A stretch of DNA of 40,041 bases from Sphaerodactylus townsendi (lineage: Eukaryota). How positions within the stretch are numbered: the stretch's first letter is position 1; the number at the start of each line of letters is the position of its first letter. The position numbers and the translations under genes are program-made. Shown here piece after piece: positions 1 through 12,104 of this stretch. The stretch covers positions 73,780,001 to 73,820,041 of the forward strand of contig NC_059429.1 of NCBI RefSeq assembly GCF_021028975.2, read 5' to 3'. Under the pieces are notes generated by a model. The model was given only the letters and a program-made list of their open reading frames with translations. It searched no databases and was not told the origin of the DNA.

Positions 1-1176
1 GTAGTGTTGCATTGCATTTCATGTAAGCAACGCAGTGGTATGATCCAAAGCATTTTAGTCTTCGTAACAAAGGGCTCAGGTATAGATTGTATAATTTGCA
101 ATCCAACAATCCCATATTTCCTTCCTTCTTTAGGAATGTTTTAACTGTTATTTTTATTTTTTGTGTTTGTTTTAAACTTTGGTTTTAAATTGCTTTAATG
201 ATATTGTGTGTTGGTTTTAATTGGTTATCTTCCTTGAGGGCCCCATAAGGACAGAAAGGCAGGGTAAAAATCTTATGAAATGAAGTAAATAAAATATTTC
301 TAGCTCTAGAAAAAAATTGTGTAAGAATCACTGTGTATCAGACTAGATACTACCAAGCTAGATAAACCAATGCTTGACAGGTTCATATGTTACTTTGGAG
401 TTGGTGCAATGTAGTGGTAGGTTATTTTGCTGTAAGAACCTACATTCATATTTCCTGTTGATCATGAAGGTCTAATTCACAGTCCAGTTGACCTCCCAAA
501 TTTATAAAATGAAGTAGTCTGTTAGTGTAATGCTGAGCTCTTTGAAATATATTGTCAGTGAGGATTTAATTACTATCATGTTAATATTTTTGGGAGGAGG
601 GAGCACGCAGGAAGAACTCTGTTCCTTTATATACCTCTCCTTATCCATTTCTGAATAAATTCTGGATATTAAATTTCAGACTAAATATTGAAATTAAAAT
701 CTTATTCTAAAGACCTGTGTTCAGGAGACAGCAGAAATCCTGAACAAATATTAGTATTGGTTGCCGACCAGATTGGTATGCGTTCGCCAAAATTAGAGGA
801 TCTTCTGTGGAGGCCCAGTCCACATATGTAACCCAAATAAGTAATAAATACAGTTCCCTACAGTGTTAGTCTGCCAGAGCACCATTAACATTTTTGGAAG
901 TATTTGAATTTGCTACACTTTGATCACCTGGTGGCACTCAATTTCCTGCAGTGCTTTATAAGGGAGCCCCAACAAGCTTGAATTTAACCAAAAAACTAGC
1001 TCATAGCTAGTTAACTATAGGCAGTTAACTAATTATTAACTATAAATTTGCTTACCTGATATAAAGCACTTACAGGTGATGTATGAAGACCAGGAACAGC
1101 AAGGTGGAATTCCTAAACACACTTCCTAGGAAGTCAAGCCATAAAAATGAATAGCGCTTACTACTTAATAATCATA

Positions 1177-1659
1177 CAGTGGAATCTCGGTTCTCGTTGG
1201 TAATCTGTCCGAAAAGAATCGATGAAAACTGAAACCGATGAAAACCGAGGCAAATTTTTCCATAGGAATCAATGTAAATCCAATTAATCCTTTCTAGGCA
1301 CTCCAAAAATATACCAAAAACACATTTTGGTGAATAAACATAGTGTTTAATGCTGAAAACAGTAACAAACAATAACACTAGGACCAGCTTCAGAGCCAGT
1401 GGACCAATGTCGCACCAGAAAGCTGTCCAATGAGGTCTGTTTCTGACGCCTCTTTAAGATTTGTCTGAAATGGGGCAAGACAATGTCTTCAAACAAGTTG
1501 CAGACACGGCCTGCAACAGCTTTGTCCGGGTGATTTTTCTCCACAAACCCCTGCACCTTACTGCAAATCGATGAAAACCGAGACAAATTTTTCACTGAAA
1601 AAATCGATGAAAGCCCAAACCGATGAAAACCGAAGGCAATGAAAACTGAGGTTCCACTG
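1177..1659 (-). mobile_element. Non-autonomous Tigger/pogo (TcMar) DNA transposon with a transposase C-terminal remnant
   Basis: TA on both sides; 23-bp TIRs CAGTGGAA(T/C)CTC(G/A)GTT(C/T)TC(G/A)TTG; repeated CGATGAAAACCGA; minus-strand frame ...HFRQILKRRQKQTSLDSFL. Confidence 0.88.
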
Positions 1660-2792
1660 TATTTGTCTTGCTTGTAGATGTGAGCATTGTAGGTTTATGG
1701 GGAGCATAATACTGTATTAATGCTTGTAGAACCACAGTTACAACTTTGCTTTCAGCCAGTTGCAGAAGAGTATTGCTACAAGCAGTACAAAGGGATCATA
1801 GTGCAAATAGGACCATTGTGCTCTCTGACCGCTGGCAGTAGCTTGGCAGTAAATGAAGCTGGGAGGGATTACTGCAAGTTGATTCTACAGGGCAGCTTCA
1901 CCTTAGTTCCGTTGAAAGCAGTTTCCAGAAGAGCAGATTCTGTACTGCAGACATTCCCAAGAGTTGTACAGAACATGGAATATATGGAATGAATATTAAT
2001 GCTGTGACTTAATTGATTGGTTTTCTGTGTTTTTAGGGAGTGGAAGTTGTGGTAGGGAATGGTTTTCAGTTCTTAATCTGGATTTGTTTCTGTTGAAGTG
2101 TTTCTAAATCAAACTGCAGTCTAATATGCTGATAAAGGAAAGCAAGCAAAGTAATATAAATTATATGTAAACATACAGTATAAATTATCAGCAAGATGGT
2201 TGTTTTAAATATACTATAATGAAAGGGTGCTTTCCTTCTCCGAACGTCAAAGCTTGAAAAAAAAAAGGCCATTAGACAGTACCAAAAGTGAGGGAGAAAA
2301 TCCTTGCCTTATAAAATGCCAGTTGCTCACTTCTGCTCCAAGTGTGCTTTCCTCATGGTTTTAGCATTGCAGTATGATTAATGTTATTCCTCTGGGGTTT
2401 AGCTGCATTTTGCAGTGAACAAATATTTAACCACAAGCCAGCTGAATGAATGCATTCTTTGACTAGAGATAACAATGACCATAAATGAGCAGCTTTAGTG
2501 TGCATTGGGCTGGCCTGATTCAGTTAACCTTGTGTAAATTTATAAATCCCAGTGTGAACTGTGTATGTTACAGTTGATTCAAGTTAAAACAAATAATACT
2601 CAGAGCCTAGGAATCTGGCAATCATCTGTACGTATATTAATGAGAAATGTGTGTTAAAGTTTTGATATATTTCTTTTCCCCCTGCGCCCCCCCCCCCCAA
2701 CCAGTGTCTAAAGTAGTTCAGGTTTTTTCCTAATATTGCAGGGTGTCATTCTAAGGCCACTGTTGCATTGTGTTAACCCATGCTTACTGTTT

Positions 2793-3460
2793 CTTACTGC
2801 CCTTATATAAAGCAGTGGTGCGACAGCACTTGGAGTACTGTGTTCAGTTCTGGTCACCACATCTCAAACAGGATATCGAAGAGATGGAAAAAGTGCAGAG
2901 AAGGACAACGAGGATGATTGAGGGATTGGGGCACCTTCCTTATGAGGAGAGGCTGCAGCGTTTGGGATTCTTTAGTTTGGAGAGGAGACGTCTGAGGGGG
3001 GATATGATTGAAGTCTATAAAATTATGCATGGGGTAGAAAATGTCGACAGAGAGAAATTTTTCTCTCTTACAATACTAAAACTGGAGGCATACATTGAAA
3101 ATGCTGGGGGGAAGAATTCAGACTAATAAAAGGAAACATTTCTTCATGCAACGTGTGATTGGTGTTTGGAATATGCTGCTACAGGAGGCGGTGATGGCCA
3201 CTAACCTGGATAGCTTTAAAAGGGGCTTGGACAGATTTATGGAGGAGAAGTTGAACTGTGGCTACCAATCTTGATCCTCCTTGATCTGAGGTTGCAAATG
3301 CCTTAGCAGACCAGGTGCTCGGGAGCAGCAGCAACAGAAGGCCGTTGCTTTCACATCCTGCACGTGAGCTCCCAAAGGCATCTGGTGGGCCACTGCGAGT
3401 AGCAGAGTGCTGGACTAGATGGACTCTCGTCTGATCCATCAGGCTCTTTCTTATGTTCTT
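2793..3460 (+). mobile_element. 5'-truncated CR1 LINE (end of RT ORF and 3' UTR)
   Basis: LYKAVVRQHLEYCVQFWSPH...ERRRLRGDMIEVYKIMHG is typical of the CR1 ORF2 C-terminus; ends in TTCTTATGTTCTT. Confidence 0.92.
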
Positions 3461-4265
3461 TCTCTTTGAGCACAAAGATACATACATCATTTCATTGGGT
3501 TTGATCCTGACCAGTGTTTCCATGGGCCTTAGTACTTCCACTTGCAAAGTACAGTTTTCTTGTCTCTCCCTTCCTGTGGCAGCCCAAAATCCTATTTTAG
3601 TGGGGATTTACAGATTTTCTTTATTTCTACTAAAACTGTTTGCAAATCATATTGATTGGTGTGGTCATCTCTGCCAGATAAACATATTGTGACAAAGACC
3701 TTTAAAGATCCTAAGGAAAAAATGAAGAAGCTGTCTCACTTATCCAGATTGCAGCCCAGTTCTTTGAATGATGATTTGGAAATAAGTCTTATTGAATTAG
3801 ATCTCCCATTATCTGTACCTTTATTTAAAAACAGCCTGGCCTAGCATCACAGCTCTGATCCAAATTGTATGCCTGCTCACTCAATGTCTGCTGCTTTTAA
3901 ATAAAATTAAAATTGATAGGAAATTTGTCACAGATCTCCCATAACTCATCCAGTTGTGCTAGCGCAGTGCCATCCTAAGCAGAGCTGGACATTTTACATC
4001 CATTAACTCTGCTTTAGCCTCGCACCGTCAGTCTCTTCAGCATTCAGAAACTATCTCTGTTTATGGGTAATTGATCAGGTAACTACATTGTAATTAGGAT
4101 TGAGAAGGAAACTGTCTTGCCCAGTCAGATCCTTTGATGAACCTAACTAATGACCAACAGCACAGAAAGATTGATGTTACTTTGGATGAGATGCATTATC
4201 TATGCAGGTGGAAAGATTTGTTTAAACGTGGGCAACATTGATAATTCTCCTCTCCTTTAATTCAG

Positions 4266-4348
4266 AACTGTTTAATAAAGCATGATGAGAATGGATATTC
4301 TGCTGTAGTTGGTGACTTTGGTTTAGCAGAGAAAATCCCTGACTATAG
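4266..4348 (+). CDS. TESK2: TESK2 kinase-domain exon (first TESK2 exon in window; earlier exons lie upstream)
   Basis: ttcag|...|gtaagt boundaries; translates NCLIKHDENGYSAVVGDFGLAEKIPDY with the DFG motif. Confidence 0.96.
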
Positions 4349-5016
4349 GTAAGTAACTAATTGTTATTAACTCTAGAAATTCCAGTCTCTTTGTTGAAAT
4401 TATAAGCCAAATGGTTGTGAAGTATGGATAAAGGCTTTCTAAGATATGGCACTGAAATTAAGTGAGTGAGAGGATCCTTCTGATTATATCAACTGAGTTA
4501 ACAAATATCAAGCCTCAATTCTATTTATTGTAAATTTGCAGAAGATTCTCAATCTTATTCATGGGGATTAACCATGAATGTGTAATAAGTTTGTGTTCTC
4601 TGTAATGAAAACATGGGCCAAGACAATATCCTTTGTATACTCTGATTTTAACCATTGAACTGTAAGATGTACTTGGATGAATGATGTATGCTAACATTTT
4701 GTGTGGGTGGATTGTAAAACACAGATATAGTAGCCTCTAGTTTTCACATTTTAAAAAAAGTTATTTCTAGCCAGTTTTATTGTACTACATAAACTGCTCT
4801 GAGTATGTTTTGGTGGAGTGCTGTAAAACTGCAATTACTATTGGAATTACTATTGAAATTTAGATAATGAACATGCCCCAAATTTATAAATCTGCAAATC
4901 AGTATCTTTGTCATCAGCTCTTTTTCCATGATAGTCTCAATCAATCCATAACTGCACTGAACTAGAACAGATTGGATCACACTGAAACTACAAAATGGAG
5001 CGGGGGGGGGGGGGGC

Positions 5017-5185
5017 GTAGAGCAACTGCTTGGCAAGTAGAAGGTCCCAGGTTCAATCCCTGACATCTTCAGTTAAAAGGAGCAGGCAGTTGGTGATATA
5101 AAAGACTTCCACCTGAAACTCTGGAGAGCTGTTGCCCATCTGAGTAGACAATATTGACCTTGATGGACCAGTGGTCAGATTCAGG
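5017..5185 (+). mobile_element. tRNA-derived squamate SINE (degenerate)
   Basis: gtagagc...GGTTCAATCCC B-box head followed by a body ending in gatggacca. Confidence 0.7.
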
Positions 5186-5339
5186 ATTTCAGGTCTCGTG
5201 TGCATATATTGGACTCAAGTCATAGATTTGTCATATACCAAATGCAATTTTAATTTCTGCTATGGTTTCCAGAAAGCATTCTGTCATGCTCCCTAGAGAG
5301 AATTCTTTTCAGACAAATTTGTAAAGCAGTGACAAAGAG

Positions 5340-5515
5340 AACCTGTGTGGTGTAATAGTTGGATGGATGAGACCTGAGTTCATACCATTCTGCCATGAAG
5401 CTCACTAGGATATTGGGCTTACCTCCTTTTTCCTAATCTACCTCAAATGTGTTGTGAGGATGAAATTGGGAACATAGAAACATGTGCTCCTCAGAGGATG
5501 GACTACATGAAAGAA
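5340..5515 (+). mobile_element. Old tRNA-derived SINE remnant
   Basis: tgtggtgtaatagtt...gagttcatacc...tgccatgaagctcact; shares its core with 7118-7285. Confidence 0.5.
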
Positions 5516-5920
5516 GTAATAGATAGTTAGGTAGAAGATTATCATAAGAGTTTTTGTTCTGGGATAGGGCTCATTTTTGTAAGGTAATTGCACCAGGATC
5601 TTTGTGGAGTTTAAATTGTTGTTATATTTGGATTCATGTGTGCTTTGATTTTATTATTATGTCCTGTACATACTTGTAAACAGTTTTGAGCTATTTAATG
5701 GGGAAATAAAGAAAATTGCAGCACCCTGTCTGCTTTGGATGTCATTCCTATCTTTTCCAGCTCTTTCTGTTGTCCAGAATAATGGAATTGGTATGAATGG
5801 CAGGAGAACAGCTTACAACCGATCCCATGGTAAAAGCTAAGTTATTTGCAAAATGCTTATGAAACCCTTTTCTTTTATATTTGCCTGCATCTAACCATCT
5901 GCCCCTTAAAATGTATGAAG

Positions 5921-5996
5921 TGAGAAGCTGCCTGTGGTGGGTTCCCCTTACTGGATGGCACCTGAAGTATTGAGAGATGAACCTTACAACGAAAAG
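5921..5996 (+). CDS. TESK2: TESK2 exon (activation segment, APE motif)
   Basis: (S)EKLPVVGSPYWMAPEVLRDEPYNEK; phase matches the previous exon (AG+T); acceptor is purine-rich (tgaag), donor gttggt. Confidence 0.93.
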
Positions 5997-6720
5997 GTTG
6001 GTGCCCTTTAAACAAAATTCAGTTACTAAATTTGCTCCAACTGGGGACCCCAGGGATTTATTTCTGTAAGTAGCTTTAATGATTATTTGCTGTTTTTCAG
6101 AGATTAGCTGAAATAGTACTATTATTTTAAATGATCAGGTGGGATCTTTCTGTTTTCTGAATGCAATTCCAGAATTCTGTAGTTTACTGCAGATATCAGT
6201 TAATTGAAATGATAGTAGTGTGATATATATCTAACAAGAGAGAATTTTTAACGGGGCCATTGGGAAATCTTTTTGCAGACTTGCCTGCTGAACATTAGGA
6301 ATTAGCACAATACAGAGTATGGCTTAGAAAGTAATAAGCAGCATGTTGAATTGGTGCCAAAAACAAATTGGGAGCAGAACCCAATCTCAAGTATGCAGCC
6401 ACATACCTGAAATTTTGAGAAACTTCCCAGATCAAATGATTCTCCCACCTATCAGTACCTCTGTTTTGTTTAGGTTCAGCTTGAACATGTTCACTTTCAT
6501 GCAGCCTGTTGCTGATTCCAAGCACAGGTTAAGCAGGGATACAGCCTCTGTGGGATCTCATGGAAAAGAGAGAGAATGAATTCCACCGTGATTCTTGTGA
6601 CACTGTAACTAATGACTTCTTCCAGCAGTTTAATGTGCATGTCTCTAAGTCAGCTGTGACTGTACAGCACTTTCCATTACCAATCATGTACTCTTTAGTG
6701 ATAGATTAAAACTTGTGTCA

Positions 6721-6850
6721 AGTAGCACCTTAATGGCCAGCAGCATTTTTCAGGGTGTAATCCTTCCTGAGAAGTGAGCTTTAACTCACCAAAGCTTATA
6801 CCCTGGAAAATGTTATTAGTCTTTATGGTGCTAGTGGACTTGAATTTCAT
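6721..6850 (+). mobile_element. Penelope-like element remnant with inverted duplication
   Basis: Arms 6721-6760 and 6796-6835 are inverted (30/40 match) around CTGAGAAGTGAGCTTTAACTCACCAAAGCTTA. Confidence 0.6.
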
Positions 6851-7117
6851 TACCCCTACATGTGTGAACCAGGTGTTCAGTCACCTTGGGATCCTTCCTC
6901 AGACATATGCACTTGAGTGTACACTGCTGATGCTTCTATTTAAGCAAGTAAAAGTCAGTGTATCTGAAAATCCCGTGACCTCCTATTTTTTTCAGTAACA
7001 AAACCTCGAAATTCCAGTAAAAACAAAAATGTTTTGAAGCCTCTGGAAGTCTTGTGAGGCATTAGTTCTGAGTGCATTTGTTTCTTCAAAATTAGCTTTT
7101 GTATGCTGCTTCACATG

Positions 7118-7285
7118 AGAGCCACTGTGATTTAGCAGTTAGCATTAGGCTGGGGAGAAACCCAGGTTTAAATATCCACTATGCCATGAAGCTCACTTCT
7201 AGTCATGATCTCCTCTCCTACCTCACTGGATCAAGGGGTGAGGGAACTGAATGTTACTGAACTCCTTGAAGGAAGGGCAGTATCA
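7118..7285 (+). mobile_element. Old tRNA-derived SINE remnant
   Basis: cccaggtttaaatatccac-tatgccatgaagctcact...ctacctcac; same family as 5340-5515. Confidence 0.5.
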
Positions 7286-8034
7286 AAAGAAAACATATTG
7301 CATGTCCTGAGCCAGAGATACTTTGAATAACCTTTTTTAAAAAACTTAATTTTTAGCTACTCAGTGTGCAGCTTTTCCCTAAATCCAAAAGTAACACTCA
7401 GTTTTGTATTTGCTTTGTTGGAGGTGTGTTTAGTCTAATTTCATACTATTACCCGTTGAACTCCATCTTCTCTTTTCTAATCTATGCAGTAATTTCACTT
7501 CATCTTACATTATTAAGATTAAATTAAATTAGATTGTACCTTGTCCTATTCCAAGGGTTGTGCTTTTTTAATGGGTATTCATATGCTGCTGATAAATGCC
7601 ATATACTAATAGGTTGGTTTAAATTTGAACAGTTGTATGCCTTGAAACGTGACCATTCTTTGTGAAGTGGTGTTTTTCTCCAGCTCTGGATGAACCTGGT
7701 AGTCACAGTTTGATGATTTACTCCTTCAGACAAGTTCTTTCCTAATTTGTAATTCATTATTTTCCTGACTTAATGGGAATTGAGGGTGCAAGAGGAAGAG
7801 AACAAACTACGAAACATCATTCAAGATAGCCATCCTATGAGTGTGCTGTCATGCTGCTGCTTTGAGAAAAGAGGGTGCTGAACAGCTGTTCCCCAGGGGT
7901 CTGGGTTTGAATTTGCCTGAGCTCCAGAACACTGACGGGTGCTGGGTGATGGGAACTTTAAATGCCAGAGAGATGTGACTAAAGAGGGTTCTTTTGTGGA
8001 ATGAGGAGGAAACAGTGGCAGATAAGGCAGCTGA

Positions 8035-8229
<195 letters not shown>

Positions 8230-9862
8230 TAGTAGTTTTCACTTTTGCTGAACACATGATGAATATGAGGCCTCTAATAAAGTGTCCATATTCTGCTATT
8301 CCTACAATCAAGGAGTGGCATTGTTTTCCTCTCCTTTTTTAAAGTCCACAGTTACAATTTGCAGGTGAGTGTTATATCATCACGAGCTTGTGGATTGTTG
8401 TCTGACTGGCACCGTACGGAGCAGTTTACTGCTGCAACCCTGTTAAGTGAATCTGACATAGGATTGCTTTTTCCTTCCAGGGCAACCAAATTCTGAAACT
8501 GATGAAGCAGCTTTTTATCCTGAACCCTATTTGTGCCTCCTCTTGGGCGTTCAGGGTACAGCTGTTTTGCTTTTCTGTGCTAGTCTCCATTTTAGATCAA
8601 CAACATCATATCTATTTGAGGTGGAAAATGTAGGCCAGAACTTGTTTGATTTTTGACAAGTGGCTTGAAGTTAAGTATCTCTTGAGAGAATTCTGCTTTT
8701 ATATAACCTTCCTGGTACCAATATGAAATTTTTCTCCTGGTGGGAGTATAAAATATATACTCTTCTGAACTGGGAGGCAGGTATTCTTAGAGATATCGTA
8801 AAGCTATATTTAAGGGAGCTGATGATTTCATAACTGGTTCAAGGCAAAGTTATTTTAAAGCTAGATGGATCATGATGCAAGTCAAGGGTTTCCGGTTTCA
8901 CCATGAAGTGGCTATTCAGTTTATTTCCACATTTTAAACTGGTTATAGCCAAGCATTGCAATTAAGAGAACTGGTCATGTGACCAGCATTTCCTGTACAT
9001 TTATCTCACACCAGACTGCCTGGCGCAGTTAGGCATAGCTGTGCACTCTGAAATATTGGACTACATTAGCAGACCAAAGTCTCAGAACTCTAGATACAGT
9101 TGCACTGAAACTGTAATATTTTGGAGGGCATCTTTCTCATTTTAATTCTGCAGAAGTAAAAAGGGAACTATTTGGAAACAACTGTGGGTTGGCACTGCAC
9201 TTCCTAAATATATATGTATATCCCAGCATAGGTACAAAGGCATGTTCCCTCCATGCTGATGCAGGACTAGATGCCAACACAGCAAGAGGCAAAGATGTGC
9301 ATGCACAAGTGCCTTATGTTCATGCTTCACAGGATCCATCTCATTGTAAATGGAAAGTTATTCTGAGAATAGAACTGGATCAGGCCTGCAAATAATAATT
9401 AAAATATTACAAATTGAAACCAAATAATGCTTTAAAATTCAAATATCCTCCTTCCCGCAAAAAGATGCCTGCTGTTCAAGAGGAAAGGAGCAACATGACT
9501 GAAAATGTACTGTGACCATGATGGGAGGGACTTCAGAGTTCCTAAGTAATGGATGATTTGTTAGTCTCCATCATCAGTCTGCTTGGGAACATATAGCAAT
9601 GGGTCAGTTGCATTCTACCTCGTTGTTCAGACAAAAGATAAAAGAAGATCTGAAAAGAAAAATCAGCAATCTTCCATATTTACTCATGAAGCTTGAGTCA
9701 TCTTTGAATGGTAGTCTTAACCTAATAAATGTGACTCAGTATATGCTAGCACAGAGAATAACCCACAAGTGTAACTTGCTGATGTAGAGAATGCGATCCC
9801 TACTTATTTAATATTTTGCCTCTTAACTAGAACTTCATGATTTTCTTGTTTTTTTTCTAGCA

Positions 9863-10047
9863 CAGTGGTTCTCAACCTGGGGGTTGGGACCCCTTTGGGG
9901 GTCGAACGACCCTTTCACAGGGGCCGCCTAAGACTCTCTACATCAGTGTTCTCAACTGTAAAATGGATAAATGTTAGGGTTGGGGGTCACCACAACATGA
10001 GGAACTGTATTAAAGGGTCGCAGCACTAGGAAGATTGAGAACCAATG
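9863..10047. mobile_element. SPIN/URR1-like hAT MITE
   Basis: CAGTGGTTCTCAACCT TIR; 8-bp TSD TTCTAGCA/GTCTAGCA; internal GGGGGTCACCACAACATGAGGAACTGTATTAAAGGGTCGC. Confidence 0.9.
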
Positions 10048-10107
10048 GTCTAGCACACACTCTTTTTACCTGTTACAATTTCACTTTCTTCATTTTTGTG
10101 TCTGCAG

Positions 10108-10194
10108 AATTTTGGCTTGGATTATGATGCCTTCCAGCACATGGTGGGAGACTGTCCTCCAAACTTTCTCCAGTTGGCCTTCAACTGTTGTAAT
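10108..10194 (+). CDS. TESK2: TESK2 exon
   Basis: tgcag|NFGLDYDAFQHMVGDCPPNFLQLAFNCCN|gtgagt; 87 nt. Confidence 0.97.
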
Positions 10195-10922
10195 GTGAGT
10201 ATATTCCCGACAAAAAGAGCAAAATGAGAGCTCTTTTTTGCAAACCCTGATAATGTTAAGCAAATGTCTCAGTACCATTTTGCTAATTTGGAAGAATGGT
10301 TCAAGAAGGGTTCTGTAATATTTCTACAAGTTTCTCAAGCTTCTGAAATCCCCTGTTCAGTCACCTAAATGTGTCAGAGTTTTTGCAGGGGAAATTGTAA
10401 GGAGAATGTAGAGAATTTGTCAGCTTACCATCTTGATCTGTTTGTGGACATGATTACTGGCTAGCACCAACCTCTTTATTCTAGTTAACAAAGTTCTTTC
10501 CTTGAATCCTAAGAGTAACAATAAGGAACAAAACTGGAAATGCTCTCTGGCTTATTACTTTAGCCTCTCTGCCATAAACCAGTAAAGTCTAACTTGGCTA
10601 AGATTTTGGGGCATTCAGAAAGTACATCTGTTTCTTCTTGAGTTATGTCCTATGTCATCAAAAATTGTTCTTATGGGTGGTATATGGGGAGTGGGGAACA
10701 TAAAATATCAGTGAGGCTACCTTATCCCATTATACACCTGTTAAAGATGTTTAACCTGAGACAAAAGAAAATGAATTTTTATGTCATGGTGAATACTGCA
10801 ATCCTTTACTACTTCTAGTACTCCAGTTCAAGATTATAAATGTACACCAGGCAAGTTAAGTGAATTTGGATGTCTAGGACTCACACATCCTGCTTGCCTA
10901 CACAATTGTTTTTGGTCTAGAA

Positions 10923-11070
10923 CAGGGGTAGGGAACCTGCGGCTCTCCAGATGTTCAGGAACTACAATTCCCATCAGCCTCTGTCAGCATGGCCAATTGG
11001 CCATGCTGGTAGGGGCTGATGGGAATTGTAGTTCCTGAACATCTGGAGAGCCGCAGGTTCCCTACCTCTG
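10923..11070. mobile_element. 148-bp palindromic hAT-type MITE, copy 1
   Basis: Near-perfect palindrome centred on GGCCAATTGGCC; perfect 8-bp TSD GTCTAGAA. Confidence 0.95.
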
Positions 11071-11880
11071 GTCTAGAAGTAACTGCCACACTGCATATGT
11101 CCCTTGAATTTATGTGAAAAGACGAGAGTTTTCCTGACTTTTCACCTTGTCTTTTCCACTGTGACCTGCAGTATGTCAATTTATCTTTGTTGAATGTATT
11201 GCTGCTAGTACCATACAGCAATGGTTTTTCACTCATGTACCCCTTGGCAATCCATTTCCCTAAAATTATACCCCTATATTAGAAAACCCATTAAGTAATT
11301 TTTTTCATATCCTCAAGTGCTCTGGCCCATACTCCTGGGGGGTTTGAGTATCATAGAGTTACTTCAACTCCCAGTATTATGGGAAAGAGAAAAGTCTGTA
11401 AAAGGATATGCCCTACAGCCACTAGCTGCACACCATACATAATATTGTGGACCTTATGCTGTGGCTTGCCTTTCAGTTGTCTTTTTTTCTAAACAAAGTA
11501 CCCACGTATTTCAGCTGGCCTTAAAGGAAAAATGCTTGAATCTTTTGATAAATCTTGACTGCCCTTTTCAGTACTTTTCACAAATCCTTCAAGAATCTTT
11601 TAAGATAAGGTGACCAGAATTGCAGCAGCATATTGGCAGTTTTATTCTCAACCATTTCCTGATGCTCCCTAGCATGCTTTTTCCTTTCATTTTGTAAATC
11701 ACTGCTGCATGCTGAGCTATAAATTGCAACTCAAAGGTCTTTTCCATGGCCGAACACTTATCAATGCGCCCATCAGTGGATATGTAAAATTGGGGAGGGC
11801 ATCCCAGAATTCATTATTGTGCATTTACTCGCATTGAATTTCATTGCCCGTTCACCTGGTTTGGAGAAATCCTTTTAGAG

Positions 11881-12076
11881 CAGCAGTTCTCAACCTGTGG
11901 GTCGCGACCCCTTTGGAGGTCGAACAACCCTTTCACGGGTTGCCTAAGACCATCAGAAAACACATATTTCCGATGGTCTTAGGAACCGAGACACAAATAA
12001 TTTTATGGTTGGGGGTCACCACAACATGAGGAACTGTATTAAAGAGTCATGGCATTAGGAAGGTTGAAAACCACTG
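11881..12076. mobile_element. SPIN/URR1-like hAT MITE (different internal deletion product)
   Basis: CAGCAGTTCTCAACCT...AGGTTGAAAACCACTG; TSD TTTTAGAG/TTTTAGAA. Confidence 0.92.
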
Positions 12077-12104
12077 TTTTAGAAACTCCTCATAATCCAC
12101 TCAT

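Noticed and set aside
930-1050. Repeated AGTTAACTA palindromic motif
   Set aside because: Probably an old repeat remnant; ends and family could not be defined.
1215-1650. Repeated CGATGAAAACCGA as a CRISPR-like array
   Set aside because: Irregular spacing, short unit, eukaryotic context; explained as transposon subterminal repeats.
2770-3126. 118-aa ORF as a host gene
   Set aside because: It is a truncated CR1 ORF2 fragment that loses frame near 3065.
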